The notes beneath the pieces are model-generated. The model had not been told where the DNA came from, made no database searches, and worked only from the letters and a program-made list of their open reading frames with translations. Source: an uncultured Pseudomonadota bacterium (lineage in GTDB: Bacteria; Pseudomonadota; Alphaproteobacteria; Rhizobiales; Xanthobacteraceae). From it: DNA of 64,000 nucleotides. How positions within the stretch are numbered: the first letter of the stretch is position 1; every line of letters begins with the position of its first letter. The stretch spans positions 67,414 through 131,413 of the forward strand of contig CAWDUV010000005.1 in NCBI GenBank assembly GCA_963805535.1, given 5' to 3'. A program made the translations under genes and the position numbers. Below, one piece after another: positions 18,273 through 27,440 of the stretch.

Positions 18273-19799
18273 TTACGCCGCGCGCGGCGCCAGCGCCCAG
18301 GTGCCGCCCAGCACCATCAGCGCGATCAGCCCGGTGAAGACGGCGAGCGGGCTTGCCGCCGCGCCGAGCGCCGCCGTGCCGGCCCAGGCGATCGAGGAGA
18401 AGGCTTCCGCGAAGGTCGCCATGCGCGAGGACACCTGGCGGCGGCGGAACTGGCTGCGCTTGGCCTGGCTGCGGAACCAGAGCTGCACCGCGGTTGCCGA
18501 TGCCGCCGCCAGCACGATCCCTAAGCCGGCGCACAGCGCGAACCAGTGCGCGGCGAAGGCGAGCGGCAACAGAATGGGCGCGAACACCAACGCCACCGCG
18601 CCGATGACCGCCTCGATCTTGGCGTAGAGGATCAGGCGCCGCGGCACCGGCGCGGTCGCCACCAGGTCGGGCGCGTCCTCGCCGGAAATCGCCAGCCACG
18701 ACAGCCCGCCGGCAAGCTGGCCCGCCGCCATCACCAGCACCGGCACCAGGAGCACCAGCGCGCCGCCGGCATGGTCGAAGCTCTTCCACAACAGCAGCGC
18801 CGGCGGCAGCAGATACAGAAGCTGCATCAGCGTCTGCGAAATGAGCCAAGGGTCGCGCTTGAGCAGCGTCCATTCCTTCTGCCGCAGCGCGGCCATGGCG
18901 GAGCCGGCGCGGAAGCCCCTGCCCGCGTATCTTGGGCCTGCGGCCTGCGCGATGCCGGCGGCGGCGATGACGCGCTCGCCGAAGCGCGCCGAGAAGGCCG
19001 CCACCGTCAGCCCCATGGCCAGCAGGCTCGCACCGAGCACCGCGGCCAGCGCCGGCAGATCGCCGAGCGCGGCGCGCGCCGGCCACCAGAACAGGCTGCC
19101 GAGCGCCGGCGCCTGCGCCATCAGCCAATCCGAGCGCAGCAGCGCAAAGCGCGACAGCGTGCCGTAGGTCAGGATGGCCGCCACCTGCAGCCCGATGATG
19201 AAGGCGGCGCCGATCACCGCCGCCACGACCTGCGCCACCAGCCGCGTGCGCTTCGGTCCGATCAGGCGGAACAGCGCGACGGTGAGCGCCACGGCAAGCG
19301 CGGAGGAAAAGCACCCCGTCGCCGCCACCACGCCATAGGCCGCAAGCCAGCGCAGCCCGCCGGCGTAGGCGAGCACGTCGATGAAGGGCGCGGCCAGCGC
19401 CAGGCCGAGCAGCGTGGTGGAGGCGCCCAACGCCGCGATGCGCACCGCGAAAACTTTCGTCACGTCGACGGGCGACGACATGATCAGGTCGAGATCGCCG
19501 CGCGTGTAGAAGGCGCGCGTCACATGCTCCATGGCCTGCGACAGCATGAGCGAGAAGGCAAGCAGCAGGCTCGCCGTCACCGCCACCAGCGCCGGCTCGT
19601 CGGGCGGCGCGCCGATATGGGCAAAGCCCGCCACGATCGAATAGGCGAACAGATGCATGAAGCCGGCAAACAGCACCAACACGATGGCCACCACGCGCGC
19701 GCGCCGCGGCTTGCCGGCGGTCATCATCCACAGCCAGTCGCGCCAGGCGAGCCGGAACTCGTGGCGGGCGAACCAGGCGAGGGTGGAGGATCGATTCAC
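18273..19799 (-). CDS. Large polytopic membrane protein, putative ABC exporter permease component
   Basis: 508 aa with at least 10 hydrophobic segments. Its start overlaps the stop of the upstream ABC ATPase by 4 nt. I do not recognise a specific family. Confidence 0.55.
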   Translation of the reverse strand: MNRSSTLAWFARHEFRLAWRDWLWMMTAGKPRRARVVAIVLVLFAGFMHLFAYSIVAGFAHIGAPPDEPALVAVTASLLLAFSLMLSQAMEHVTRAFYTRGDLDLIMSSPVDVTKVFAVRIAALGASTTLLGLALAAPFIDVLAYAGGLRWLAAYGVVAATGCFSSALAVALTVALFRLIGPKRTRLVAQVVAAVIGAAFIIGLQVAAILTYGTLSRFALLRSDWLMAQAPALGSLFWWPARAALGDLPALAAVLGASLLAMGLTVAAFSARFGERVIAAAGIAQAAGPRYAGRGFRAGSAMAALRQKEWTLLKRDPWLISQTLMQLLYLLPPALLLWKSFDHAGGALVLLVPVLVMAAGQLAGGLSWLAISGEDAPDLVATAPVPRRLILYAKIEAVIGAVALVFAPILLPLAFAAHWFALCAGLGIVLAAASATAVQLWFRSQAKRSQFRRRQVSSRMATFAEAFSSIAWAGTAALGAAASPLAVFTGLIALMVLGGTWALAPRAA

Positions 19800-20572
19800 G
19801 CGGCCTCGGCCGGTGCGGCGGCGACCAGCGCGAGGAAGGTGTCCTCCAGGCTGGTGCCACGAATGCCGGCCTGCGCACCAACTTGGCGGTTGAGCTCTTC
19901 CAGCGTGCCTTCCGCGATCAGCCGCCCCGCCGCGATCACGCCGATGCGGTCGGCCATGCGCTCGGCCACTTCAAGAATATGCGTGGTCATAATCACCGTG
20001 CCGCCGGCGGCGACGCGCTCGCGCAGCACGCGCTTGACCTGGCGCGCGGAGCCCGCGTCGAGCCCGGTGAGCGGCTCGTCGAGAATGATCAGCTTGGGAT
20101 CGTGCACCAGCGCGCCGGCGAGCGTCACCTTTTGCCGCATGCCCTTCGACAGGCTCTCGCAGCGCTCGTTCGCGTGCGCGGCAAGCTCGAGCCATTCGAT
20201 CAGCGCCTGCGCGCGCTCGTCCGCGACGCGCGCATCGACGCCCCACAGCCGCGCGACGAAGGCGAGATATTCGAGCGGGGTGAGCTTGTCGTAGATCATC
20301 GGCTCGTCGGAGACCCAGGCCATCACCTGCTTGGCGGCGACGGAATCGGCGAGCGCGTCGATGCCTTCGACGTAAATCGCGCCGGAGTCCGGCTTTAACA
20401 GTCCGGTCACCATGCGCAGCGTGGTGGTCTTGCCGGCGCCGTTCGGCCCGAGCAGCGCGTAGAACTCGCCTTTGCGCACGATGAGATCGAGATGATCGAC
20501 CGCCGGGCGCTGGAAACTCTTGCACAGGGCGCGCGTCTCAAGCGCGACGGGGAATTCGCTCGCCGGCATCAT
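19796..20572 (-). CDS. ABC transporter ATP-binding protein (ABC-2/DrrA-like)
   Basis: 258 aa with Walker A GPNGAGKTT, signature LSKGMRQK and Walker B LIILDEPLTGLD. Confidence 0.85.
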   Translation of the reverse strand: MMPASEFPVALETRALCKSFQRPAVDHLDLIVRKGEFYALLGPNGAGKTTTLRMVTGLLKPDSGAIYVEGIDALADSVAAKQVMAWVSDEPMIYDKLTPLEYLAFVARLWGVDARVADERAQALIEWLELAAHANERCESLSKGMRQKVTLAGALVHDPKLIILDEPLTGLDAGSARQVKRVLRERVAAGGTVIMTTHILEVAERMADRIGVIAAGRLIAEGTLEELNRQVGAQAGIRGTSLEDTFLALVAAAPAEAA

Positions 20573-20687
20573 AGGGAAACCTTCGACAGGGCCATGGTTA
20601 ACGGCAAGCCTAGCCGAAACAGGTTTCGGCGCCGTGAATCGAATGGGAAGAAAATGCGGGATTTATTCGTTCGGCACAGACTGCGCC

Positions 20688-20810
20688 GTCATTCCCGGAC
20701 GGCGCGATAGCGCCGGGCCCGGAATCCAAGGTCAAGCACGAGCGCGCCGCTCTCGATTCCGGGTTCGTCCGCCTTCGCCCTTCGGGCTTCGGCGGACGCC
20801 CCGGAATGAC
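20688..20810. repeat. REP/MITE-like element, 'gtcattccgg...ccggaatgac' family (two-hairpin, about 120 bp)
   Basis: gtcattcccgg...gggcccggaatcc plus gattccgggttcg...gccccggaatgac. Near-identical architecture occurs at 50660, 56584 and (variant) 58331. Confidence 0.75.
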
Positions 20811-20825
20811 GAATGACAATCTCCG

Positions 20826-21152
20826 CTAATCCGCGCTCGGCAGCCGCCGCATGGTGAACTCGATTGCGCCGTCCGGCAGTTCGCACCAACTCTCGATCTC
20901 GGTCATGTAGGCGGCCTTGGGGAAGCGCTGGAAGAATTCGCGCGCCTTGGCGCGCGCGGCCTCGCGCGGCAACGCGAAGGTCTCGCGGCGGAAGCTGTCG
21001 CTGCGCGCAAGCTTGCGCCGGGTATTTGCTCCGGCGAGCCGGCGGGCCAAGTCTTTCGGGCGATCGGCGCGCTGCATTGTGGATAACTTAGCCGAAGGCG
21101 GGCCGGAAGCCGAATCCCGCTGCCCGTCAATGGCTTGCGCGGTCGCCGCCAC
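20826..21152 (-). CDS. Hypothetical small protein; start uncertain (GTG 21152 or ATG 21077)
   Basis: The open frame ends ...FRRETFALPREAARAKAREFFQRFPKAAYMTEIESWCELPDGAIEFTMRRLPSAD. The composition is protein-like but I recognise no family. Confidence 0.35.
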   Translation of the reverse strand: MAATAQAIDGQRDSASGPPSAKLSTMQRADRPKDLARRLAGANTRRKLARSDSFRRETFALPREAARAKAREFFQRFPKAAYMTEIESWCELPDGAIEFTMRRLPSAD

Positions 21153-21294
21153 CCCAGATCATTAACACGCGGTCGATCGCCTCCATTCCAATACCGCTCG
21201 CCAACGTCGGCGCGCTCATTCACTTCAAGTCGCGGACAGTCTCGGATACACTTGGTTTCACACTTCGTGGGCCGAGCTGGCCGAGGAGAATAGC

Positions 21295-22068
21295 GTGCGT
21301 GGCATTGTCGTGAGTTTCGGTCGCGCGTTCGGCTGCACAGCAGCGACATTGTTTTTGCTCGCAGGACCCGCGTCGGCCGGCGGCGAGCCCGCCGCGCGCA
21401 TGGCGCCGGCACCCTTGATTGCGCACTGGGCCGGCTTCTATGCCGGCGGCGAGGTCGGCGGCGCCTGGAGCCGGTTTGACTGGTCCGCCACCAACGGCAA
21501 TTACTTCAACACTGTCGGACCCATCCTGTTGGGAACGGCGTTTGATCAAAGCGCTAAAGGCAGCGTCATCGGCGGCGGCTTCTTAGGCTACAATTTCCAG
21601 AGCGGGCCCTGGGTCTATGGCATCGAATTTTCAGGCACAGCCTCCGGCCTCGCTGTGACCAACGTAAGCCCCTACTTTCCCGCAACCGACACTTATACGT
21701 CCAAGATCAAATGGCTTGCGACCGCGACAGGCCGTGTCGGCTACGCCTGGGATCGCTGGCTGGTCTACGTCAAAGGCGGCTGGGCCGGCGCCGACGTGCA
21801 GTTCACGATTTACGACAGCGCAGCGCTCGTGCGCGCCGACACCGACACATGGGCCAATGGCTGGACGGTCGGCATCGGCGCCGATTACATGTTGACGGAC
21901 CGCGTCGCGCTCGGCGTCGTCTATGACTACGCCGATCTATCGGTCGGCGGCGCGACAGTGACCTGTCCGAACTGCGGTACCGGCGTTGGATTCGGCACGC
22001 CGGTCGTCGATGGCCACATCCGGCTGCAGTCAGTCATGGCGCGCTTGAGCGTCAAGCTCTCGCCATGA
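21295..22068 (+). CDS. Outer-membrane beta-barrel protein (Omp25/Omp31/RopB-like porin family)
   Basis: A gaggag RBS precedes GTG 21295. There is a signal peptide ...LFLLAGPASA. It has the WAGFYAGGEVGGAW start, alternating aromatic strands, and a C-terminal ...ARLSVKLSP typical of this family. Confidence 0.8.
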   Translation: MRGIVVSFGRAFGCTAATLFLLAGPASAGGEPAARMAPAPLIAHWAGFYAGGEVGGAWSRFDWSATNGNYFNTVGPILLGTAFDQSAKGSVIGGGFLGYNFQSGPWVYGIEFSGTASGLAVTNVSPYFPATDTYTSKIKWLATATGRVGYAWDRWLVYVKGGWAGADVQFTIYDSAALVRADTDTWANGWTVGIGADYMLTDRVALGVVYDYADLSVGGATVTCPNCGTGVGFGTPVVDGHIRLQSVMARLSVKLSP

Positions 22069-22109
22069 CGGTCTGAGTTCGAGCGAAGGAACGCAAACGG
22101 CCGACGAGC

Positions 22110-23375
22110 CTAAGCAACCTGCGCTGCCGTATCAGCGATCTTCGAAACCGCTTCGGCATCCACCGGAAAATCCGCCGCGATCCACGCCTCCTCCGCCGCG
22201 CGCATGGCGGCGCCGAGCGCCGGGCCCTTCGCCACGCCGCGCTCCATCAAGTCCGCCGCCTTAAGCGGAAACACCGGCGCGCTCCAGCGTGAGGGAAGGC
22301 CGGCGAGCGAGTGCCAGGCTTCGTCATGCGCGCCGGCCTCCGACCGCGCCCAGGCCATGAGCGCGGCGTCGGTGAATTTCACCGGGCCGAGGCGATAGAC
22401 CAACGCGCGCTGCTCCCGGCCGCTCAAGGCCGGCGACAGGTACCGCCAGGCCTGCGCCACCGATGACAGCCGCTCGTGCTCGGCATTGGTCAGCCGCAGC
22501 TTGTGCCACAGCCTTTCGGCGTCTTCCGTCACCCAGACGCCGAGCGCACCGAGCCGGCGCACCGGGTCGGCCGCGCCGCCCAGCGCCGCCTCCACCTTGG
22601 CCATCATCTCGAACGCGCCGAGATAGCTGACGCCGCCCAGCACGCGCAGCGTCAGGCCGGCATCGCTCATGGCAATGAGCGTCGGCGTTGCGTGCGGCGC
22701 CACCATCAGCTTCATCAGCTCCATGCGCAGACGTTCGCGCGACAGCGCGTCGAGCCCGGCGCGCCCGGCGATGCAGGCGATCAGCCCCTCGCGGTCGGGA
22801 TGGTCGCTGGTGCCGTAGGCGGCGTGGAAGCGGAAGAAGCGCAGGATGCGCAGGTAATCTTCCTCGATGCGCTGCTTGGGATCGCCGATGAAGCGCACGC
22901 GGCGCGCTTTCAGATCGGCGAGCCCGCCGACATAGTCGTAGACCGTGCCGTCGCGCGTCGCCGAGAAAGCGTTGATGGTGAAGTCGCGCCGCTCGGCGTC
23001 GGCGCGCCAGTCGCGGCCGAAGGCGACCTTGGCGTGGCGGCCATAGGTCTCGACGTCGCGGCGCAGCGTGGTCACTTCGAACGGCGTCTTGTCGACCACC
23101 ACGGTGACGGTGCCGTGCTCGATGCCGGTGGGGACCGGCTTGAAGCCGGCGGTCTGCACGCGGTGCACGACCTCTTGCGGCACCGCGGTGGTGGCGACGT
23201 CGATCTCCTGCGCCGGCAGGCCGAGCAGCGCGTTGCGCACCGCGCCGCCCACCACGCGCGCTTCTTCGCCTTGAGTATCGAGCACGGCGAGCAGTTGCGC
23301 CAGCGCGCCCTCGCCGAGCCAGGGGGCTTGGTCGATCTTGCGGTCGGTGCGGCCCGTCTTGTCGTGCGTTGTCAC
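22110..23375 (-). CDS. cca: CCA-adding tRNA nucleotidyltransferase / poly(A) polymerase family protein
   Basis: GTG 23375 overlaps the upstream stop (GTGA). ...ARVVGGAVRNALLGLPAQEIDVATTA...GIEHGTVTVV...VTTLRRDVETYGRHA...DAERRDFTINA are class-II nucleotidyltransferase motifs. Confidence 0.85.
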   Translation of the reverse strand: MTTHDKTGRTDRKIDQAPWLGEGALAQLLAVLDTQGEEARVVGGAVRNALLGLPAQEIDVATTAVPQEVVHRVQTAGFKPVPTGIEHGTVTVVVDKTPFEVTTLRRDVETYGRHAKVAFGRDWRADAERRDFTINAFSATRDGTVYDYVGGLADLKARRVRFIGDPKQRIEEDYLRILRFFRFHAAYGTSDHPDREGLIACIAGRAGLDALSRERLRMELMKLMVAPHATPTLIAMSDAGLTLRVLGGVSYLGAFEMMAKVEAALGGAADPVRRLGALGVWVTEDAERLWHKLRLTNAEHERLSSVAQAWRYLSPALSGREQRALVYRLGPVKFTDAALMAWARSEAGAHDEAWHSLAGLPSRWSAPVFPLKAADLMERGVAKGPALGAAMRAAEEAWIAADFPVDAEAVSKIADTAAQVA

Positions 23376-23635
23376 TTCACCGTCCCCGGCACGAATTTTC
23401 CGTTCTCCATATGCGCCGGCACGTAAGTGGCGCCCGGCGGCGCGCCGGTGAAATTGGCGAAATAGACGAAGCTGCCGACCATCAGCAAGACCGCGGTGAC
23501 AGCGAGCGAGAGGATGCGCGAGAACGGCCATGCTTCCGGGTCGAAGACGCCCGCGCGCGTCGTCCACAGGAAAACGCCGTACAGCACGAAAGGCATGGCG
23601 AACAGCGAGAGCTCGGTGAGGCCGTAGCGGATCAT
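23372..23635 (-). CDS. Small 2-TM membrane protein, conserved neighbour of cca/nudL in alphaproteobacteria
   Basis: 87 aa: MIRYGLTELSLFAMPFVLYGVFLW...LAVTAVLLMVGSFVYF. It overlaps both neighbours by 4 nt. Confidence 0.6.
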   Translation of the reverse strand: MIRYGLTELSLFAMPFVLYGVFLWTTRAGVFDPEAWPFSRILSLAVTAVLLMVGSFVYFANFTGAPPGATYVPAHMENGKFVPGTVK

Positions 23636-24297
23636 CGATAAATTCTCTCGTGCAAATTCCTTAAAATGCCCGCGGTCACTCCCCAGATGTAGCGCTCACC
23701 GAAGGTGATGGCATAGTAATGCCGCGTCATGCCCTGCCAGTCGCGCGACTGGCGCTGCACGTTGTTCTGATCCATCAGGAACGAGAGCGGCACTTCGAAC
23801 ACCGCGTCCACCTCGCCCATGTTGAGGGTGAGCGTGAAGCCCGGCTTCACGCGCGCGATCACCGGCACGATGCGGTAGCCGAGCGTGGTCATGTAGAGAT
23901 CGAGATAGCCGAGCGGGGCGACGAAGGAGCGCGCCAGGCCGATCTCTTCATCCGCCTCGCGCAGCGCGGAAGCGAGCGGGCTGGCGTCGCCCTTGTCGAT
24001 CTTGCCGCCGGGAAACGACACCTGGCCGGCATGGTCGGGCAAATGCTGCGCGCGCTGCGTCAGCAGCACCGTCGGCTCGGCGTGGTCGACGATCGCTACC
24101 AGCACGGCCGCCGGCCGTATCGGCCGCACCATGGCGATCTTTTCCATCACCGGATCGGCGTCGTGGTCGCCGCGCTTGGGCGTGATAGTGGGGTCGGTGA
24201 GGCCCGCCGGCACATCGAGGGTGAGCCGCGCCTGGGCGCGGGCGAAGACTTCCGCCGCCGACAGCACCGGCTGACGATGTTGCGTAACCTCGGTCAT
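23632..24297 (-). CDS. CoA pyrophosphatase (NUDIX hydrolase, NudL type)
   Basis: Start MTEVTQHRQP (ATG 24297). The NUDIX box is GQVSFPGGKIDKGDASPLASALREADEEIGL. The UPF0035/CoAse-type upstream motif LLTQRA is present. Confidence 0.8.
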   Translation of the reverse strand: MTEVTQHRQPVLSAAEVFARAQARLTLDVPAGLTDPTITPKRGDHDADPVMEKIAMVRPIRPAAVLVAIVDHAEPTVLLTQRAQHLPDHAGQVSFPGGKIDKGDASPLASALREADEEIGLARSFVAPLGYLDLYMTTLGYRIVPVIARVKPGFTLTLNMGEVDAVFEVPLSFLMDQNNVQRQSRDWQGMTRHYYAITFGERYIWGVTAGILRNLHERIYR

Positions 24298-24394
24298 TCC
24301 CTGCCCAATAGCACATGTCGCCGAAGCATGCGCAACGCGGAGCTCGATAGGCCTTTTCTTTTGGTTATTAAGAAAAGCGAAGCACAAACGCCCC

Positions 24395-24613
24395 CTATCG
24401 AATTGATAACCGCTTGGGCCTGCGTCCCTGCCGGCCGCGCGCAAGGTTGCCGCGCCAACGATAGCTCCCAACAGCCGTTTCGACTGCCTTCTGCCGTCGC
24501 AACTTGATCATGAGGCGGAGCGCTTCCTCGACGGTCGCCCGCTTGGTCGGATTCCCGGATGACTCTTGCGCGTCGGCCAACAGCGCATCGTCGATCTCGA
24601 TAGTGAGCCGCAT
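24395..24613 (-). CDS. Orphan VapB-type (DUF2191-like) type II antitoxin
   Basis: MRLTIEIDDALLADAQESSGNPTKRATVEEALRLMIKLRRQKA...YRWRGNL, 72 aa. This matches the MR-T-L-x-IDD-x-LL...W-x-G-[DN]-L antitoxin pattern. No PIN toxin gene follows. Confidence 0.6.
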   Translation of the reverse strand: MRLTIEIDDALLADAQESSGNPTKRATVEEALRLMIKLRRQKAVETAVGSYRWRGNLARGRQGRRPKRLSIR

Positions 24614-24653
24614 GAGCGGTGCTCCCCTTTTCGGTCCGGCATCTGTCACGCCG

Positions 24654-25241
24654 TCATGCAAATTCCCGCAGCGCGCTCGCCTCCGCCATGGGGAAGAACT
24701 CGCCGGCGGAAGCAACGCCGAACATCGCCCGGCCGCCGACTTCGCGCTCCTCGCCCAGCTCCACCAGGTCGTAGAACAAGGCGCGCGTCACCTTGGCCCA
24801 CAGGTCGCGGCGCACGTGCAAATAGGGCTTGAGCCCGCCGGTTTCCGGCTCCGGCACGAACGTGAGGGCATGGCCGGGCCCGGCCTCCACCCAGTCCTCG
24901 ACATTGGTGCGGAAGGCGAGCACCCGGCCGCGCTCGTCCTGGGCAACTTTGAGTTCGACGGCGAGGAAGGGCGAATCGACGACCGTTATGCCTACCTTCT
25001 CCACAGGCGTAACCAAGTAATAACTATCGCCCTCCCGCTTCAGGACGGTGCTGAACAGCCTGACCAGTGCCGGCCGCCCGATCGGGGTCTTTTGATAGAA
25101 CCAGGTACCATCGGCGTCGATTTTCATGTCGATATCGCCGCAAAACGGCGGGTCCCAGAGTTCGACCGGCGGTAATCTGCCCTTTTCGCGGGGCAGCGAT
25201 GCCGTCAACGTTTCCAGTCCGCCCTGCCCTGTCTTCGCCAT
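24654..25241 (-). CDS. DUF1285 domain-containing protein
   Basis: 195 aa: ...PPVELWDPPFCGDIDMKIDADGTWFYQKTPIGRPALVRLFSTVLKREGDSYYLVTPVEKVGI..., characteristic DUF1285 sequence. It is divergent from the MoxR cluster. Confidence 0.75.
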   Translation of the reverse strand: MAKTGQGGLETLTASLPREKGRLPPVELWDPPFCGDIDMKIDADGTWFYQKTPIGRPALVRLFSTVLKREGDSYYLVTPVEKVGITVVDSPFLAVELKVAQDERGRVLAFRTNVEDWVEAGPGHALTFVPEPETGGLKPYLHVRRDLWAKVTRALFYDLVELGEEREVGGRAMFGVASAGEFFPMAEASALREFA

Positions 25242-25475
25242 GATGGTCCTACGATATCAGCGGTTGCGCACCTGTTCGCATCTTCGTGATTCACCCAAGC
25301 GCGCGGCCGAAGATAGCGTAAGCTTGACGAAATAATGAGGCAGATTCGGCGCTGCGACCGCACGCAACGGACCTCTGGTGCGTTTGTTGCATGGGACTGG
25401 ATGAGAGGACTGGCTGAGACCTCCGCCCGGGCCGGCAGCCGGCCCGCAAGGCCCCCGATGAAAGGATAACAAGCC

Positions 25476-26486
25476 ATGGCGTCGGCAAGCGGCGAAAGCC
25501 TGGAAAAGCTGGAAGACATGATCGTGCGCGCGGCGGAATCGACCGCCGCCAATGTGCGCGCCGCCAAGGACGCGATCGGCACCGTTATCTTCGGCCAGGA
25601 CGTGGTGGTCGAGCGCGCGCTCATCACCGTCTTGTCCGGCGGCCATGCGCTGCTGGTCGGTGTGCCGGGCCTCGCCAAGACCAAGCTGGTCGATACCATG
25701 GGCACCGCGCTTGGGCTCGATGCGCGGCGCGTGCAGTTCACCCCCGACCTGATGCCGTCCGACATTCTCGGCACCGAGGTGCTGGAGGAAAGCCCGGGCG
25801 GCAAGCGCAGCTTCCGCTTCATTCAAGGCCCGGTGTTCGCGCAATTGCTGATGGCCGACGAAATCAACCGCGCCTCGCCGCGCACCCAGTCGGCGCTGCT
25901 GCAGGCGATGCAGGAGCAGCACGTCACCGTCGCCGGCGCCCGCCACGACCTGCCCAAGCCCTTCCACGTGCTGGCGACGCAGAACCCGCTGGAGCAGGAA
26001 GGCACCTATCCGCTGCCGGAAGCGCAGCTCGACCGCTTCATCATGGAAGTCGACGTCGACTATCCCGATATTGAAGCCGAGCGGAAAATTCTTTTCGACA
26101 CCACCGGCGCCGAGGAGCACCGCGCCAAGGCGGCGATGACCGCCGAGGATCTGTTGTCGGCGCAGCGCCTGGTGCGCCGGCTGCCGGTCGGCGAGTCGGT
26201 GGTGGAAGCGATCCTGAAGCTCGTGCGCTCGGCGCGTCCCGGCCCCGATGCCGGCGATCTCGGCAAGCTGATCTCCTGGGGCCCCGGTCCGCGCGCGAGC
26301 CAGGCCTTGATGCTGGCGGTGCGCGCGCGCGCGTTGCTCGACGGGCGCTTCGCGCCGTCGGTCGACGACGTGATCGAGCTGGCCGAGCCCGTGCTCAAGC
26401 ACCGCATGGCGCTGACCTTCGCCGCCCGCGCCGAAGGCGAGACCATCGGCAACGTCATTGCGCAGCTCAAGGCGCGCATCGGATAG
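25476..26486 (+). CDS. MoxR-family AAA+ ATPase
   Basis: 336 aa with Walker A GVPGLAKT and Walker B LLMADEINRASPRTQSALLQAMQE, plus ...ATQNPLEQEGTYPLPEAQLDRF. Confidence 0.9.
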   Translation: MASASGESLEKLEDMIVRAAESTAANVRAAKDAIGTVIFGQDVVVERALITVLSGGHALLVGVPGLAKTKLVDTMGTALGLDARRVQFTPDLMPSDILGTEVLEESPGGKRSFRFIQGPVFAQLLMADEINRASPRTQSALLQAMQEQHVTVAGARHDLPKPFHVLATQNPLEQEGTYPLPEAQLDRFIMEVDVDYPDIEAERKILFDTTGAEEHRAKAAMTAEDLLSAQRLVRRLPVGESVVEAILKLVRSARPGPDAGDLGKLISWGPGPRASQALMLAVRARALLDGRFAPSVDDVIELAEPVLKHRMALTFAARAEGETIGNVIAQLKARIG

Positions 26487-26489
26487 GCA

Positions 26490-27440
26490 ATGGCCGAAGC
26501 CCCGCGCACCAGCCAGGACGAAGCGGTCCAGGGCGCCGTCGGCAAGAGCCGCAAGCTTGCCGCGCGGGTGCCGCGTCTCATCCTGGAAGCGCGCCGCGTG
26601 GCGGCCACCGTCATTCACGGCCTGCACGGCCGCCGCCGCGCCGGCCCCGGCGAGAATTTCTGGCAGTACCGCCGCTTCGTCAGCGGCGAGCCGGCCAATG
26701 CGATCGACTGGCGGCGCTCGGCGCGCGACGATCATCTCTATGTGCGCGAGCGCGAGTGGGAAGCCTCGCACACCATCTGGCTCTGGGCCGACCGCTCGCC
26801 CTCGATGGAATTTTCCTCCTCGCTCACCGAATGGAGCAAGCTCGACCGCGCGCTGGTGGTCTCCTTCGCGCTGGCCGAGGTGCTGGTGCAGGGCGGCGAG
26901 CGTATCGGCATCCCGGAGCTGATGCGGCCGACCGCCAATCGCAACGTGATCGAGAAAATGGCCGAGGCGATCGTGCACGATACCGGCGAGCGGCCGAGCC
27001 TGCCGCCCCACTTCTCGCCGGCGCCGTTCTCGGAAATCCTGCTGCTGTCCGACTTCTGGAGCCCGATCGCCGATTTCCGCCGCACCATCGGCCAATTGGC
27101 CGCCAACGGCGCGCGCGGCCATGTCGTGCAGGTGGTCGATCCGGCCGAGGAAGCCTTTCCCTATTCCGGCCGCATGGAATTCATCGAGCCGGAGGGACTG
27201 GGCAGCGTCACCGCCGGTCGCGCCGAGACCTGGCGCAACGACTACCAGAGCCTGCTCGCCGACCACCGCGCGGCCTTGCGCGCCGAATGCGAGCAGTTCG
27301 GCTGGAGCTTCACCATTCACCGCACCGACCGTGGCCCCACCGAATTGCTGTTCGCGATCCATGCCCGCATGGGCGCGGGCGCTCAAGCCATCATCGATAG
27401 GCGCGCGCCGGCGCGCGCCGGCGCGGGAACGGCGCCATGA
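26490..27440 (+). CDS. DUF58 (vWA-like) protein, MoxR partner
   Basis: 316 aa: ...GPGENFWQYRRFVSGEPANAIDWRRSARDDHLYVREREWE... (DUF58 signature). It starts 4 nt after the moxR stop. Confidence 0.8.
   Translation: MAEAPRTSQDEAVQGAVGKSRKLAARVPRLILEARRVAATVIHGLHGRRRAGPGENFWQYRRFVSGEPANAIDWRRSARDDHLYVREREWEASHTIWLWADRSPSMEFSSSLTEWSKLDRALVVSFALAEVLVQGGERIGIPELMRPTANRNVIEKMAEAIVHDTGERPSLPPHFSPAPFSEILLLSDFWSPIADFRRTIGQLAANGARGHVVQVVDPAEEAFPYSGRMEFIEPEGLGSVTAGRAETWRNDYQSLLADHRAALRAECEQFGWSFTIHRTDRGPTELLFAIHARMGAGAQAIIDRRAPARAGAGTAP

Noticed and set aside
24298-24394. A hidden VapC/PIN toxin downstream of the VapB-like gene.
   Set aside because: Only 98 bp separate the antitoxin stop from the nudL start, and no frame gives PIN-like sequence.
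25257-27386. 709-aa ORF antisense to moxR/DUF58. Similar very long ORFs occur elsewhere (35884..38568 at 894 aa, 14826..17366 at 846 aa, 53944..55581 at 545 aa, 49029..50654 at 541 aa, 61926..63845 at 639 aa).
   Set aside because: These are Arg/Ala/Gly/His-rich, low-information translations opposite or out of frame to clearly recognisable genes. That is the expected consequence of stop-codon scarcity in GC-rich DNA. None shows protein family motifs.
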